Of a DNA stretch of 26,335 bases, positions 1-9,774 are shown in pieces (position 1 is the first letter of the stretch; every line of letters begins with the position of its first letter). Made by a program: the position numbers and the translations under genes. The notes below the pieces were generated by a model. The model was not told where the DNA came from. It did no database searches and was given only the letters and a program-made list of their open reading frames with translations. Source of the DNA: a bacterium (GTDB lineage Bacteria; UBA8248). Where the stretch lies: contig CBDBZY010000063.1 in assembly GCA_965213685.1 (NCBI GenBank), forward strand, positions 1 to 26,335, read 5' to 3'.

Positions 1-2
1 AA

Positions 3-320
3 GAGGTGTTCGCTCAGAGGACGCGCGACGAGTGGGTGGCGCTTCTCGACGCCGGCGGAATTCCCTGCGGCCCGATACTGAACATGGCCGAGACGTTCGC
101 GCACCCCCAGATACAGGCACGGGAGATGAGCGTGGAGGTCGAGCATCCCCGCGCGGGCCGGACGAGGGTTCTGGGCTTCCCGCCCAAGCTCTCGGAGACG
201 CCGGTCGGCGTGCGAACGCCGGCGCCCTTCCTGGGCGAGCATACCGACGAGGTGCTCCGCGAGTTCGGCAAGACCGACGCGGAAATCAGAGGCTTGCGGG
301 ACTCGGGCGCCGTGGCTTGA
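3..320 (+). CDS. CoA-transferase family III (CaiB/BaiF), C-terminal part (runs off left edge)
   Basis: Typical C-terminus: GIPCGPILNMAETFAHPQIQAREM...PPKLSETP...PAPFLGEHTDEVLREFG. Confidence 0.88.
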   Translation, partial: EVFAQRTRDEWVALLDAGGIPCGPILNMAETFAHPQIQAREMSVEVEHPRAGRTRVLGFPPKLSETPVGVRTPAPFLGEHTDEVLREFGKTDAEIRGLRDSGAVA

Positions 321-324
321 GCGG

Positions 325-1035
325 ATGGCCCAACCGCCGCCCATCCCGCCCGGCGTCTACCTGGTCGCCACGCCGATTGGCAACATGGAGGACATCTCCG
401 GGCGCGCGCGCAGGGTGCTGGGCGGGTGCGACCTCGTGGCCTGCGAGGACACGCGCCGCACGGGCAGGCTGCTCTCTCGCCTGGGGCTGAAAAAACCGCT
501 CCTGAGCTACCATGAGCACAACGAGAGCGCGCGGGCCTGCGCGCTGGCTGCGCGCGCGCGAAGCGGGGAGCGCGTCGCCGTCGTGTCGGACGCCGGCACG
601 CCGGGCATCTCCGACCCCGCCTATCGGGTGGTGCGCGCCGCTATCGAGGCGGGCGTCGCCGTCATCCCCGTGCCCGGTGCGTCGTCCGTCCTGGCCGCGT
701 TGACCGCCTCTGGCCTGCCCACAGACAGGTTCGTTTTCGAGGGCTTCCTTCCCTCCAAGGGCGAGAAGAGGCGCAAGGCGGTGGAAGCCCTCCTCGGCGA
801 GGAGCGCACGGTCGTCCTGCTGGAATCGCCCCACAGGATCGAGAGGCTGATCGGCGAGGTCGCCGCCCTCGCCCCCGCCCGGCCCATCGCCCTGGCGCGC
901 GAACTCACGAAGCTGCACGAGGAGGTTCTCCGCGACACGGCGCGCGGGCTGTGCCAGAGGCTGGAAGGCAGAAGAATCCGGGGCGAGTGCGTCCTGCTCA
1001 TCGGCCCCAGGCGGATGGAGGGGACGGGCGGCTGA
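325..1035 (+). CDS. rsmI: 16S rRNA (cytidine1402-2'-O)-methyltransferase
   Basis: LYLVATPIGN-like start (VYLVATPIGNMEDIS), ACEDTR, VSDAGTPGISDP, FEGFLP, ESPHR, ARELTKLHEE. Confidence 0.96.
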   Translation: MAQPPPIPPGVYLVATPIGNMEDISGRARRVLGGCDLVACEDTRRTGRLLSRLGLKKPLLSYHEHNESARACALAARARSGERVAVVSDAGTPGISDPAYRVVRAAIEAGVAVIPVPGASSVLAALTASGLPTDRFVFEGFLPSKGEKRRKAVEALLGEERTVVLLESPHRIERLIGEVAALAPARPIALARELTKLHEEVLRDTARGLCQRLEGRRIRGECVLLIGPRRMEGTGG

Positions 1036-1068
1036 GGCGCGGGAGGGGGCTTTGCAGTCCCGCGCCTC
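1034..1068. terminator. GC-rich hairpin between convergent rsmI and MFS genes, possible terminator
   Basis: GAGGCGCGGGA (1034-1044) pairs with TCCCGCGCCTC (1058-1068); pyrimidine-rich tail but no clean U-tract. Confidence 0.4.
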
Positions 1069-1127
1069 CTCTCTCTTCGCGCCGCCGGCGGGCGGACGCC
1101 CGGGCGCGGCCCGGGAGGAGGAGCGGT

Positions 1128-2435
1128 CTAGTTCGGGGCGAGGCCTCGTTTTTTCATGTGCCCGTGTAGCCAGAGGGCGAGGCCCATCGAGAGGAACATG
1201 AAGGCGATGATGGACAGGAACGGAACGAGGTAGCTCTTCGTGTAGTCATACATCAGCCCCGCGAACGGGGGACCGAGAACGCCGCCGAGCCCGTAGCAAA
1301 TCTCCATGAAGCCGATGATCACCCCGTAGGTGCGCCCGCCGAAGCAGTCTCCCGCCAGGGCGGAGTAGCACGCGCTCATGCCGCCGATGCCGACTCCATA
1401 CACCAGCGCGAACGCATAGCCCGGGAGGAGGCCCCCTCCGAAATGGGGAATCAGGATCAGGAGCGCCAGGCCCGTGGCGACCACCATGGCGGAGAGCGCC
1501 ACGCCGCGTCCGCGCCCGATGATGTCTCCCACCCATCCTCCCCCGACGCTGCCCAGGGTCCGGATGAACCCGACGGTGCCGAAGATGACGGCCGCCGAGG
1601 CGGTGCTGTATCGGATGTCGACGAGGTAGAGCTGCAGCTGGCTCATGATGGTGTTGTTGTTCAGGCCGATGGCGAAGACCATCAGGATGAGGCACCAGAA
1701 GCGGACGTCGTGCCTCACGACGGCGAAGACCTCCCGAACCCCCTTGCCCTCGCCGCCGTGGCCGATGCCCGAGCGGGCCATCTCCTCGGGCGTGCGCGGC
1801 GCGGCGCCGTCCGGCCCCTGGCCGACGTCCTCGGGCACGTCGCGCAGGAGCAGGAACCCTGAGGGGGCGACGACGCACAGAACGACCAGGCCGTAGAGCA
1901 TGTAGGTGGCGCGCCAGCCGACGGACGCGATGAGGCGCTCGATGAGGGGGGCGAGGGCGAGGATGCCGATCCCGATGCCGGAGAGGGCGATTCCCGTGGC
2001 GCGGCCCCTTTTCTTGACGAACCAGCGCGGGATGATGGCGCTGTGCGTGGAGAAGCCGCTCAGCGAGAGGCCGAAGCCGCCGAGCAGGCCGATCAGAAGA
2101 TAGACGTGCCAGATCGACGTGATGAAGAAGCAGCCCACGAAGGTGGCGCCCAGCAGGACGGACCCCCAGGGCATCAGGGCGCGCGGACCTCTCTTTTCCA
2201 GCCACGAACCCGCCAGCGGCGAGCCGCAGGCGTAGACGGCCATGGAGAGGGCGAAGGCTCCGCCCAGCAGGCCCCGGCTCCAGCCGAACTCCTCGATCAG
2301 GGGAACCTGGAAGATGCCGAAGGAAAACCGCGTGACGACGTGGAACGCGAGCGTGCCGAACGACAGCCAGACGATGAGCCAGCCGTAGTAGAATCTCGGT
2401 TGGTTGGCGGGGCTGCCCCGTGGAAGCGTGGCCAT
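1128..2435 (-). CDS. MFS transporter (OFA/MCT-like)
   Basis: FYYGWLIV start, EEFGWSR, WFVKKRGRATGIA, GWVGDIIGR, about 12 hydrophobic segments. Confidence 0.92.
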   Translation of the reverse strand: MATLPRGSPANQPRFYYGWLIVWLSFGTLAFHVVTRFSFGIFQVPLIEEFGWSRGLLGGAFALSMAVYACGSPLAGSWLEKRGPRALMPWGSVLLGATFVGCFFITSIWHVYLLIGLLGGFGLSLSGFSTHSAIIPRWFVKKRGRATGIALSGIGIGILALAPLIERLIASVGWRATYMLYGLVVLCVVAPSGFLLLRDVPEDVGQGPDGAAPRTPEEMARSGIGHGGEGKGVREVFAVVRHDVRFWCLILMVFAIGLNNNTIMSQLQLYLVDIRYSTASAAVIFGTVGFIRTLGSVGGGWVGDIIGRGRGVALSAMVVATGLALLILIPHFGGGLLPGYAFALVYGVGIGGMSACYSALAGDCFGGRTYGVIIGFMEICYGLGGVLGPPFAGLMYDYTKSYLVPFLSIIAFMFLSMGLALWLHGHMKKRGLAPN

Positions 2436-2481
2436 GCGTTTCCTTGTTGTGATGCCGGATGCGCCGCGGTTGTCGCGCGGG

Positions 2482-2511
2482 ATTATACAGGCCGCCGGTG
2501 CTCAGGGCGAA
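2482..2511 (-). promoter_or_regulatory. Probable sigma70 promoter of the MFS gene
   Basis: Perfect TATAAT on minus strand at 2482-2487; -35 element poor. Confidence 0.45.
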
Positions 2512-2514
2512 GCC

Positions 2515-3417
2515 TCAGGCCTCCCAGAAGCGCATCGCCGTCTGAAAGTGGATGTCCACCGTGTCCGACGGGTCGAGGGCGTATCCGCCGCCGAGGGTGC
2601 CTGCGACGGGGATGGCGCGCGCGAGGCACTCCCCGAGCACGTATGCGTCGCGCCTTTTGAGGGCCTCCTTCGAGAGCTGGAGCGTTCCGAGCTGGTCTCC
2701 GGAATAGGGGTCCGCCCCCGCCTGATACAGCACGAGGTCGGGCTGGTGCGCGTCGAGTATCCCGGGGATGTGCTCCTCCAGGCGGGGCAGGTATTCCTCC
2801 TCGGTGGCGAGGTCGCAGAGCCCGACGTCGACGTCGCTCCTCCTCTTTCGGGGGTAGATGTTCTCCTGATGAATGGAGAACGTGAGCACGGCGTCGTCGC
2901 GCCGGAATATGGCGGCGGTGCCGTTTCCCTGGTGGAGGTCGCAATCGATGACCGCCGCGCGCGCGATGGCACCCTCCCTCTGCAGGACGCGGACCGCGAC
3001 CGCGAGGTCGTTGACGTAGCAGAAGCCCTCCGCCCGGTCGGCGAAGGCGTGGTGGAACCCGCCGGTGAGGTTCAGGGCGCGGCCCCTTCCGACCGCTTCG
3101 CGCGCGGCGCGGATGGTGCCGCCCGCCGCCAGGAAGCTGGCCTGGACGATCTCCGGGCTGATGGGCAGCTCGCTCGGCATCGTGCGCGCGGTGTGGACGG
3201 CGGCGAGCAAGTCCTCCACGTATTCGCGGGTGTGCACGAGGCCCATCTCCTCCCGGGTGGCCGCGCGCGGCTCGAGGAAGGCGCCCGCCGGCAGCCCGGC
3301 CTCCCGCAGCCTGACGCAGGTCCTCTGGTATTTCTCGGCCTGGAGGACGTGGCGGCCAACGTCGGCGTAGTAGTTTTCATGGAAGACGAAAACGCAGTGC
3401 TCCGGGGGCGCTCTCAT
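2515..3417 (-). CDS. Histone deacetylase family protein (Zn-dependent amidohydrolase)
   Basis: GGFHHA...GFCYVND, IDCDLHQGNGT, YQAGADP, GGGY motifs. Confidence 0.94.
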   Translation of the reverse strand: MRAPPEHCVFVFHENYYADVGRHVLQAEKYQRTCVRLREAGLPAGAFLEPRAATREEMGLVHTREYVEDLLAAVHTARTMPSELPISPEIVQASFLAAGGTIRAAREAVGRGRALNLTGGFHHAFADRAEGFCYVNDLAVAVRVLQREGAIARAAVIDCDLHQGNGTAAIFRRDDAVLTFSIHQENIYPRKRRSDVDVGLCDLATEEEYLPRLEEHIPGILDAHQPDLVLYQAGADPYSGDQLGTLQLSKEALKRRDAYVLGECLARAIPVAGTLGGGYALDPSDTVDIHFQTAMRFWEA

Positions 3418-3423
3418 CGGAGG

Positions 3424-4624
3424 CTAGACGACGCCCTTGTCCCTGAGCGCGGATATGGCCGCCGCGCCGTAGCCGATCTCCTCGAGCACCTCTTCGGTGT
3501 GCCTGCCCTTCGGGGGCCCCGCCCAGCGAATCCTGCCCGGCGAGCCGCCGAGCCTGGGCGCCACGTTTTGCATCCGCAGGGGGCCCAGCTCCTCATCGTC
3601 CACGGTCGTGATGGTTTCTCTCGCGCGCACGTGGGGGTCCGCCATCAGCTGCGCCACGTCGTAGATCGGTCCCAGCGCGCCCTCGTATTCCTCGAAATGG
3701 GCGATGGTCTCCTCGAGCGTGCGCGCGCCTATCCAGTCCTGGATGGCGCCGTCCAGCTCCTCCACGTTCTCCACCCGTCCCTCCTGGGTGCGCATCCTGG
3801 GGTCATCGGCCAGATCCGCGCGGCCCACGGCGCGCATGATGCGCGCGAAGATGTTCTCCGCACTCGCGGAGATGACGACGTAGCGCCCGTCCCTGCAGCG
3901 GTACGCGTTCCTGGGCGCGGCGAAGGGAATGGCGTTTCCCGTGCGCTTCTGGACGAGGCCCAGCTGATCGTACTCGAGGGGCTGCGGGCCCAGCACCGTG
4001 GTGATGGGTTCGTAGATCGCGATGTCGATCTCCTGGCCCGGCGCGCCGTGGACGTCGCGGTGGTAGAGGGCCATCATCACGGCGTAGGTGCCGCACAGCG
4101 CGCTGATGCCGTCGGCCAGTGCGAAGGGCGGGAGCGTGGGCGGGCCGTCGGGTGCGCCCGTGATGTGCGCGAATCCGCTCATCGCCTCCGCCAGCGTGCC
4201 GAAGCCGGGCCTTTTGCGCGTAGGGCCCCTTTTGCCCGAAGCCGCTCGTTCGCGCCAGGATGAGCTTCGGGTTGAGGGCGTGGAGGCACTCCCAGGAGAG
4301 GCCCCACCTCTCCATGGTGCCGGGGCGGAAGTTCTCCACGAGCACGTCCGCACCCTCGCAGAGCCGGCGGACGATCTCCTGCCCCTCGGGTGCCGACATG
4401 TTGCAGGTGATGGATTTTTTGTTTCGGCTCGCCAGCTTCCACCAGAGCGAAACGCCGTCCCTTTGGGAGGCGAAGTTTCGGAGGGAATCGCCGCGCGGGT
4501 GTTCGACCTTGATGACCTCCGCCCCGAAATCCGCCATGTAGGTCGCTATCCACGGGCCGGCGAACAGGGTGCCGACGTCGATGACCCGGACGCCCTCCAG
4601 CGGCATTTGGGGGAGTGCGCTCAT
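3424..4624 (-). pseudogene. CoA-transferase family III (CaiB/BaiF), split by a +1 frameshift (or sequencing error)
   Basis: N-part PLEGVRVIDVG..AGP..DFGAEVIKVEHP..ENFRPG..SGFGQKGPY in one frame, PGFGTLAEAMSG... in another; removing one base from the T4 run at 4212-4215 gives a 399-aa ORF; AGGAG RBS before ATG 4624. Confidence 0.88.
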
Positions 4625-4698
4625 GCGATGGGAGGCTCCTCGGTTGGCTGGACCCGCACCATCGGGCGGCCAAGGGAATGGGTTGCGCCGGACGCCCG

Positions 4699-4727
4699 AT
4701 GATAGCAAATGGCGGGGGCGGCATCAA
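4699..4727 (-). promoter_or_regulatory. sigma70-type promoter for CoA-transferase/HDAC unit
   Basis: TTGATG-N17-TATCAT with TGn extended -10 on minus strand. Confidence 0.55.
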
Positions 4728-4767
4728 GATTCGGGCGGGCGCCCCGACACCGCCCCGCCCGGGGAAA

Positions 4768-4796
4768 TGGACTTGGTCCCGGCGTCCTGCGATAAT
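4768..4796 (+). promoter_or_regulatory. sigma70-type promoter for the Tim44-domain gene
   Basis: TGGACT-N17-GATAAT with TGn extended -10. Confidence 0.5.
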
Positions 4797-4848
4797 CCGG
4801 GGCGCGGGGTTTTCTCATTCGGGGTCTGGCCGCTTGCGGAGGTTGCTC

Positions 4849-5931
4849 ATGAGGGTATCGCTTATCGTTGGATTGTGCGCGCTGTGGCTTCTGGCCCCGG
4901 CGCACCTGGGCGCGCCCGCGCGGACGCCGGACGGCCTGGTGATGGTGATTCAGGAAGCCGAGGCGAGGCGCTTCGGCGGCGGCCGCTCCTTCGGGTTTCG
5001 CGGCTCGCGCGGATTCGGCGGATTCGGCCGCAGGAGTTTTTCGCGGCGCCAGAACTTCGGCTCGCGCCCTCGGGCGAGCGGCTTTTCGCGCCGGGCGCTT
5101 CCGCGCCGTTCGTTCTTGGGCGGCGGCCTGGGCGCCGGCCTGTTCTCGGGCATCGGCGGTTTTTTGCTGGGCGGCATGCTCGGGCGCATGATGTTCGGCG
5201 GCGCGGGCTATGGCGGCGGCGGTCTGGGGGGCGGCTTCGGGATTCTCGAAATCCTCCTGATCGGCGGCGTCATCTTCTTCATCTTCCGCATGATGCGCAA
5301 CCGCTCCGCCGCCGCCTACCGGGAGCCCGGGCATGCGGGTGCGCGCTACGCCGAGGCGGACCCCTACGGCGTGGGCGGACATGAAGAGGAGGCGCGCGGG
5401 GACGGCGGGGACGTGTATCGCGGCCCGGACATCGGCTCGGGCCGGGGCGCGGTCGCATCGGCCGGCGGTGCCCGCCGCGATTCGCGCGCCGACGCGGGGT
5501 TGCGGAAAATCGCCGACGCCGACCCTTCTTTCTCGGAGCAGGCCTTCCTGTCCCTGGGCAGGGAGCGCTTCCTCGAGTTCCAGCGCGCCTGGACGGCGCG
5601 CGACCTCGGCCCCGTTCGCGACCTCCTCGATGAGGACATGCGCGCCGAAATCGAGCGCGACCTCGAGGGGCTGCGCCGCGAGGGCAAAGTGAACAGGCTC
5701 GACGACGTGGAGATTGCGCGCGCGGAGGTCGTGGAGGCCTGGAATGAGGAGGGCCACGATTTCATCACCGTGCGCTATGAGGCGAGCCTCTGCGATTACG
5801 TGGTGCGGGAGGGAAGCGAGGAGGTTCTGGAGGGCAGCCGCACGGAGAGGGTGCGCTTCAGCGAGCACTGGACGTGGGCGAGGCGCGAGGGGCCGAACGA
5901 GTGGTTCCTCTCCGCCATCGAGCAGGCTTGA
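4849..5931 (+). CDS. Tim44-like domain membrane protein with Gly/Arg/Phe-rich N-terminal region
   Basis: GGAGG RBS before ATG 4849; signal-like N-terminus, AEARRFGGGRSFG, GGFLLGGMLG, TM segment, C-terminal DPSFSEQAFL..FQRAW..ITVRY..FSEHWTW..WFLSAIEQ. Confidence 0.88.
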   Translation: MRVSLIVGLCALWLLAPAHLGAPARTPDGLVMVIQEAEARRFGGGRSFGFRGSRGFGGFGRRSFSRRQNFGSRPRASGFSRRALPRRSFLGGGLGAGLFSGIGGFLLGGMLGRMMFGGAGYGGGGLGGGFGILEILLIGGVIFFIFRMMRNRSAAAYREPGHAGARYAEADPYGVGGHEEEARGDGGDVYRGPDIGSGRGAVASAGGARRDSRADAGLRKIADADPSFSEQAFLSLGRERFLEFQRAWTARDLGPVRDLLDEDMRAEIERDLEGLRREGKVNRLDDVEIARAEVVEAWNEEGHDFITVRYEASLCDYVVREGSEEVLEGSRTERVRFSEHWTWARREGPNEWFLSAIEQA

Positions 5932-5945
5932 GGCTCGGGGGGAGC

Positions 5946-6314
5946 CTAGGGAGGGGAGACCTCGCCCGGGGCGGGTTTCGCTTCGCTCTCCTCCTCCCCC
6001 TCCCCTTCGCCGTAGCGCCTCCCGCCCTCCAGGTCCTTGAGCGACCACCAGAAATAGATGATGGCACCGAGAATGGCCGCCATGATGACGGCGAAGCCCG
6101 CCAGGAAATGCGAAGAGAATGCGGTGCGGTAGGCGGTCGGCGCCAAAGTTGTCCCGGCCGGCGGATTCTGCCCCGCTGCCGCGGTCGTTCGCGTCATGGT
6201 TTGCCGCTCGGCCCGGAATTCGGCGTAGCCCCACCAGGCGACCGCGCCCAGGAGCGCCAGTATCAAGATGGTGCATACGGGCCACCGGACGCCGGCTTTC
6301 CCCGTCTCGCTCAA
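5946..6314 (-). CDS. Small hypothetical membrane protein (2 TM segments)
   Basis: Two hydrophobic stretches, acidic tail; TTG start overlaps the stop of the upstream LLM gene. Confidence 0.65.
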   Translation of the reverse strand: MSETGKAGVRWPVCTILILALLGAVAWWGYAEFRAERQTMTRTTAAAGQNPPAGTTLAPTAYRTAFSSHFLAGFAVIMAAILGAIIYFWWSLKDLEGGRRYGEGEGEEESEAKPAPGEVSPP

Positions 6315-7261
6315 TCTCTCACCTCCGGAATCACCTCCTCGGCGAGAAGCGCCATCTGGCGCATCTCCTCGTCCGCCGGCCCCGCGTGCTTGAAGATGAA
6401 GTGGCGGACGCCCGCCTCCTGGAATTCCGCTATCCGCTCGGCACAGCGCGCGGGAGGGCCATAGAATAGATACTTCTGGGCGATGCCGTCAAAATCCATG
6501 TTGTATCGTTTCGAGAGGTTCTCTATGCCGCACCGCAGGGCGTGCGCCTCATCCTCATGGGCGTAGATGAAGGCGTGGTGGGCCGGCGTCCACCCCCCTC
6601 CCTCGATGTCGAGGGGCCTGCCCGCCCCCTCGGCCCATCGCCGCATGTCCTCCAGCCCCCTGGCGAAGCGCGCGGCGGAGTACATGTAGGAGACGTAGCC
6701 GTCGCCCATGGTCGCCGCTCGTCTGCGGGCGGCGTCGCTGCGGCCGCCCACCCAGACGGGCGGGCCGCCGGGCGTGGGCGGAGGCGGGCTCTGGCGCGCG
6801 TCCCGGAAGCGCCAGAAGCGCCCCTCGTGGCTCACCGCCTCGCCGCTCCAGAGCTTTCTGAGTATCTCGAGGGACTCGTCCATCCTGGCGCCCCGCTCCC
6901 GGACGGGCACGCCGCAAAGCGCGAACTCGCCTTTGCCCTCGCCCCCCACGCCGACGCCGAAGACGAAGCGGCCCCCGCCCGTGAGGTAGTCCACCGTGGC
7001 CGCGCCCTTGGCGGCGATGGCCGGCCTTCTGAGCGGCAGGAGATACACGCTCGTGCCCAGCGTGATGCGGCTGGTTCTGGCCGCGTAGGCGGCCAGGGTG
7101 GCGAGGCTCTCGGTGTAGTGGCCGTGAAAGGAGATGTGATCGCCTATCCACAGGGAATCGTAGCCGAGGGATTCGGCACCCTCCGCGAACGCATACATCT
7201 CCTCTGGCGGGTAGACGCGATCAGGGTGCATCCCGAAGCTGACGCCGAACCTCGTCTTCAT
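6311..7261 (-). CDS. LLM-class (luciferase-like) flavin-dependent oxidoreductase
   Basis: AESLGYDSLWIGDH, RTSRITLGTSVYLLPLR, GRFVFGVGVGG, PPVWVGGRS. Confidence 0.93.
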   Translation of the reverse strand: MKTRFGVSFGMHPDRVYPPEEMYAFAEGAESLGYDSLWIGDHISFHGHYTESLATLAAYAARTSRITLGTSVYLLPLRRPAIAAKGAATVDYLTGGGRFVFGVGVGGEGKGEFALCGVPVRERGARMDESLEILRKLWSGEAVSHEGRFWRFRDARQSPPPPTPGGPPVWVGGRSDAARRRAATMGDGYVSYMYSAARFARGLEDMRRWAEGAGRPLDIEGGGWTPAHHAFIYAHEDEAHALRCGIENLSKRYNMDFDGIAQKYLFYGPPARCAERIAEFQEAGVRHFIFKHAGPADEEMRQMALLAEEVIPEVRD

Positions 7262-7320
7262 TCTCCTCTCCCCGGCGTTTGCTGCGCGGCTCCCCCTCGG
7301 CTCGGCTCCAGGCAGTGAGG

Positions 7321-7349
7321 AAACTAGAGCACCCGCCCGCCCGGGTCAA
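7321..7349 (-). promoter_or_regulatory. sigma70-type promoter for the LLM gene
   Basis: TTGACC-N17-TAGTTT on minus strand. Confidence 0.5.
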
Positions 7350-7397
7350 CCCATTCGCCAGGGGCTTCCCGACCGGCCCGTTCCGCCGCCGGACGTT

Positions 7398-7426
7398 TTG
7401 ACAGCGGGATTTCGCAACCGTAATAT
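7398..7426 (+). promoter_or_regulatory. sigma70 promoter for DUF1015-yihA
   Basis: TTGACA-N17-TAATAT. Confidence 0.7.
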
Positions 7427-7473
7427 CCCTTGGCACCGCTCGTCTTTCATCGCCGCGTCAAAGGGGGTCGGGA

Positions 7474-8790
7474 GTGGTTGAGGTCAGGGCGTTTCGCGCG
7501 CTGCGGTATGCGAAGGTCGCACCGGAGGAGATGGGGGAGGTGTCCTCCCCCCCGTACGACGTTTTTACGCCCGCCCTCAGGCGTTCCTTTTACGAGCGTC
7601 ACCCCCGGAACATCGTCCGGCTCATTCAGGGCGAGACGAGAGAGGGCGAGGAGGGGGACGCCGGCCGCGTGGCGCGCGCGATCGCACACCTCAAGGAGTG
7701 GCGCGCGAGCGGGGAGATGGCCCTGGACGATGCGCCGGCGCTGTATCCCTACCGCCAGCGCTTCGCCCTTCCGGACGGAACCCGGCTGGAGAGAAATTCG
7801 TTTTTCGCCGCCGTGAGGCTGGAGTCCTACGACGGGGGGAACATTCGTCCCCACGAGCGGACCTTCCCGAGGCCCAAGGGCTACCTGTTCGACCTGTGGG
7901 GCGGCAGCGGGGCGCATCTGGGCCCCATTTTCGGTTTTTACGAGGACAGCCGGAACGCGGCGGCCGGTGCCCTGCAGAGCGCGGCGGCCGGCGCCCCCCT
8001 CGCCGATTTCGAGGACGACGGCGTGCGCCATACCTTGTGGCGGTGCGACGACGCGGGCGCCATCGAGGCCGCCCGGCGCGCCCTTGCCGGGAAGGAGGCG
8101 TTCATCGCCGATGGCCACCACCGCTATGAAACTTCCCTGAACCTCCGCGACGCCGCCCGCGCGCGGGGCGCGCCCGAGGGGGGCGAGACGGACTACACCC
8201 TCATGTGCCTCGCCAACGCCTCGGACCCCGGCATGGTGGTTCTGCCCACGCACAGGCTGCTCGCGAGCGTATCCGCCACGACGGAGGACGCGCTGGCGAC
8301 GCTGGCGGAGAGATACGACGTCCTGGAGGAGGAGGCCCCGCCGGTCGGCGCCGGCGGCGAGGCGGCCGGGCGCCTGGCGAGGCTGGCGCGGGAGAACGGC
8401 GGTGCCCCCGCGTTTTGTCTGTATGCGGGGGGCGGGAGCGTTCGCTACCTGATCGGCAAACGGCCCCGCGCGCGCGGCGGGTCCATGGAGGACTCCGTCG
8501 CCTCCCTGGACGTGAGCCGCCTGCACGCCGACGTCGTGGACGGCGCGTATCGCGCATCCCGCGAGGAGGGGGACATCGGCTTCACGCCCGACCCGGAGCG
8601 GGCGCTGTCCTCCGTGAGGCGCGGCGAATGCGCGGTGGCGCTTTTGCTGAACCCCACGCCAGTGGAATCGGTGTGCGAAATCGCCCGCGCCGGCGGAAGG
8701 ATGCCCCACAAGTCCACCTACTTCTACCCCAAGCTGCGCACGGGCCTCGTCGTTCACGCCTTCGCTCCGCCGGCGGCGGATTCTCCCTGA
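7474..8790 (+). CDS. DUF1015 family protein
   Basis: FRALRY..SPPYDV, IRPHERT, IADGHHRYET, PTHRLL, MPHKSTYFYPKL. Confidence 0.92.
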   Translation: MVEVRAFRALRYAKVAPEEMGEVSSPPYDVFTPALRRSFYERHPRNIVRLIQGETREGEEGDAGRVARAIAHLKEWRASGEMALDDAPALYPYRQRFALPDGTRLERNSFFAAVRLESYDGGNIRPHERTFPRPKGYLFDLWGGSGAHLGPIFGFYEDSRNAAAGALQSAAAGAPLADFEDDGVRHTLWRCDDAGAIEAARRALAGKEAFIADGHHRYETSLNLRDAARARGAPEGGETDYTLMCLANASDPGMVVLPTHRLLASVSATTEDALATLAERYDVLEEEAPPVGAGGEAAGRLARLARENGGAPAFCLYAGGGSVRYLIGKRPRARGGSMEDSVASLDVSRLHADVVDGAYRASREEGDIGFTPDPERALSSVRRGECAVALLLNPTPVESVCEIARAGGRMPHKSTYFYPKLRTGLVVHAFAPPAADSP

Positions 8791-8806
8791 CGGCCGCCCG
8801 CCGGAC

Positions 8807-9433
8807 ATGAGAATCCGAAACGCCGAATTCATCCAGAGCGCCGCGGATCGGGGGGGATGGCCGGGCGCCGATTTGCCGGAGGTCGCCTTCGCCGGGCGGA
8901 GCAACGTCGGCAAGTCGTCGCTCATCAATTTTTTGACCAACCGCAAGCGGCTGGCCAGGACGAGCGCGGCGCCCGGCAAGACCCGGCTCATCAATTTTTT
9001 TCGCGTCGATGGAAGTTTCCTGCTCGTGGATTTGCCGGGTTACGGCTACGCGCGGGTGCCGGTTGCGGAGAAGGCCCGCTGGCGGCCCATGATAGAGACC
9101 TATCTCAGAGAGCGGGAGACGCTCCAGGGCGTGGTCGTGCTGATCGATGCGCGCCGGGGGGCGGGGGAGATGGACCTGCATCTGCTCGAGTGGCTCGCGG
9201 CGGTGAACGCCCCGGCGTGCCTCGTGCTCACGAAGGCGGACAAGCTCGGGCGGGACGAGAGGCGAAAGGCCGCCGCCGCGCTCGTGAAGACGATGGCGAA
9301 CGGCGGAGGGCTGTATGGCCGGTGGTCCGGGCCGATCCTGTGCAGCGCGCATGGCGGGCTGGGGAAAAAAGAGATTCTGGCGCAGATGGAGGGATGGCTG
9401 GGCGAGCCGCCCCGGGACGCACCCGCCGCCTGA
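8807..9433 (+). CDS. yihA: Ribosome biogenesis GTP-binding protein YihA/YsxC (EngB)
   Basis: EVAFAGRSNVGKSSLIN, PGKTRLINFF, VDLPGYGYA, LTKADKL. Confidence 0.96.
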   Translation: MRIRNAEFIQSAADRGGWPGADLPEVAFAGRSNVGKSSLINFLTNRKRLARTSAAPGKTRLINFFRVDGSFLLVDLPGYGYARVPVAEKARWRPMIETYLRERETLQGVVVLIDARRGAGEMDLHLLEWLAAVNAPACLVLTKADKLGRDERRKAAAALVKTMANGGGLYGRWSGPILCSAHGGLGKKEILAQMEGWLGEPPRDAPAA

Positions 9434-9562
9434 ACCCCCTTGGGCCCCGTTCTCGCCGCGCGCAGGCGTCCTCACGCGGTCGCCGACGCGAAATCGCGGG
9501 CAAAAACGTCCTGTTGCCGGATTGCGCTCCGGGTCAGATGATGACATAGTGTCCGGAAGTGA

Positions 9563-9634
9563 AACGTGGCCTATGTTCGCGGTGCCGTAACCGAGAACAA
9601 CCAACGGCCGGATTTCCTGTTCCCCAGCGAAGAA
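9563..9634 (+). pseudogene. Short remnant resembling the catalytic region of an EcoRII-family restriction endonuclease
   Basis: Reads NVAYVRGAVTENNQRPDFLFPSEE, resembling the TExxxxPDFLFP motif; no intact gene around it. Confidence 0.45.
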
Positions 9635-9774
9635 CCGTCCGGGCTGCCAATCTTTCATGCAAACGCGATGCGGTCGCGTCCGATGGGCCGCAGTCGTCGG
9701 GGATGGAAGCCGTTCGGGAGCCGTCTGGCCGATGGCGGCGGCGAGCCCGCGCGCAGGCATCCCCTGAGGTCGCC

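Noticed and set aside
2404-4263. 619-aa + strand ORF (likewise 14164-16191, 7447-8994, 4621-6285, 9655-11088, 19756-21012)
   Set aside because: Antisense shadows of well-supported genes in high-GC DNA; no recognisable motifs.
4966-5240. GGCGGC/TTCGG-rich quasi-repeats as CRISPR or tandem repeat
   Set aside because: Simply encodes the Gly/Arg/Phe-rich region of the Tim44-domain protein; no repeat-spacer periodicity.
9559-9774. Longer N-terminus for endonuclease IV
   Set aside because: No convincing RBS and non-protein-like sequence; GTG 9775 has a GAGGT RBS.
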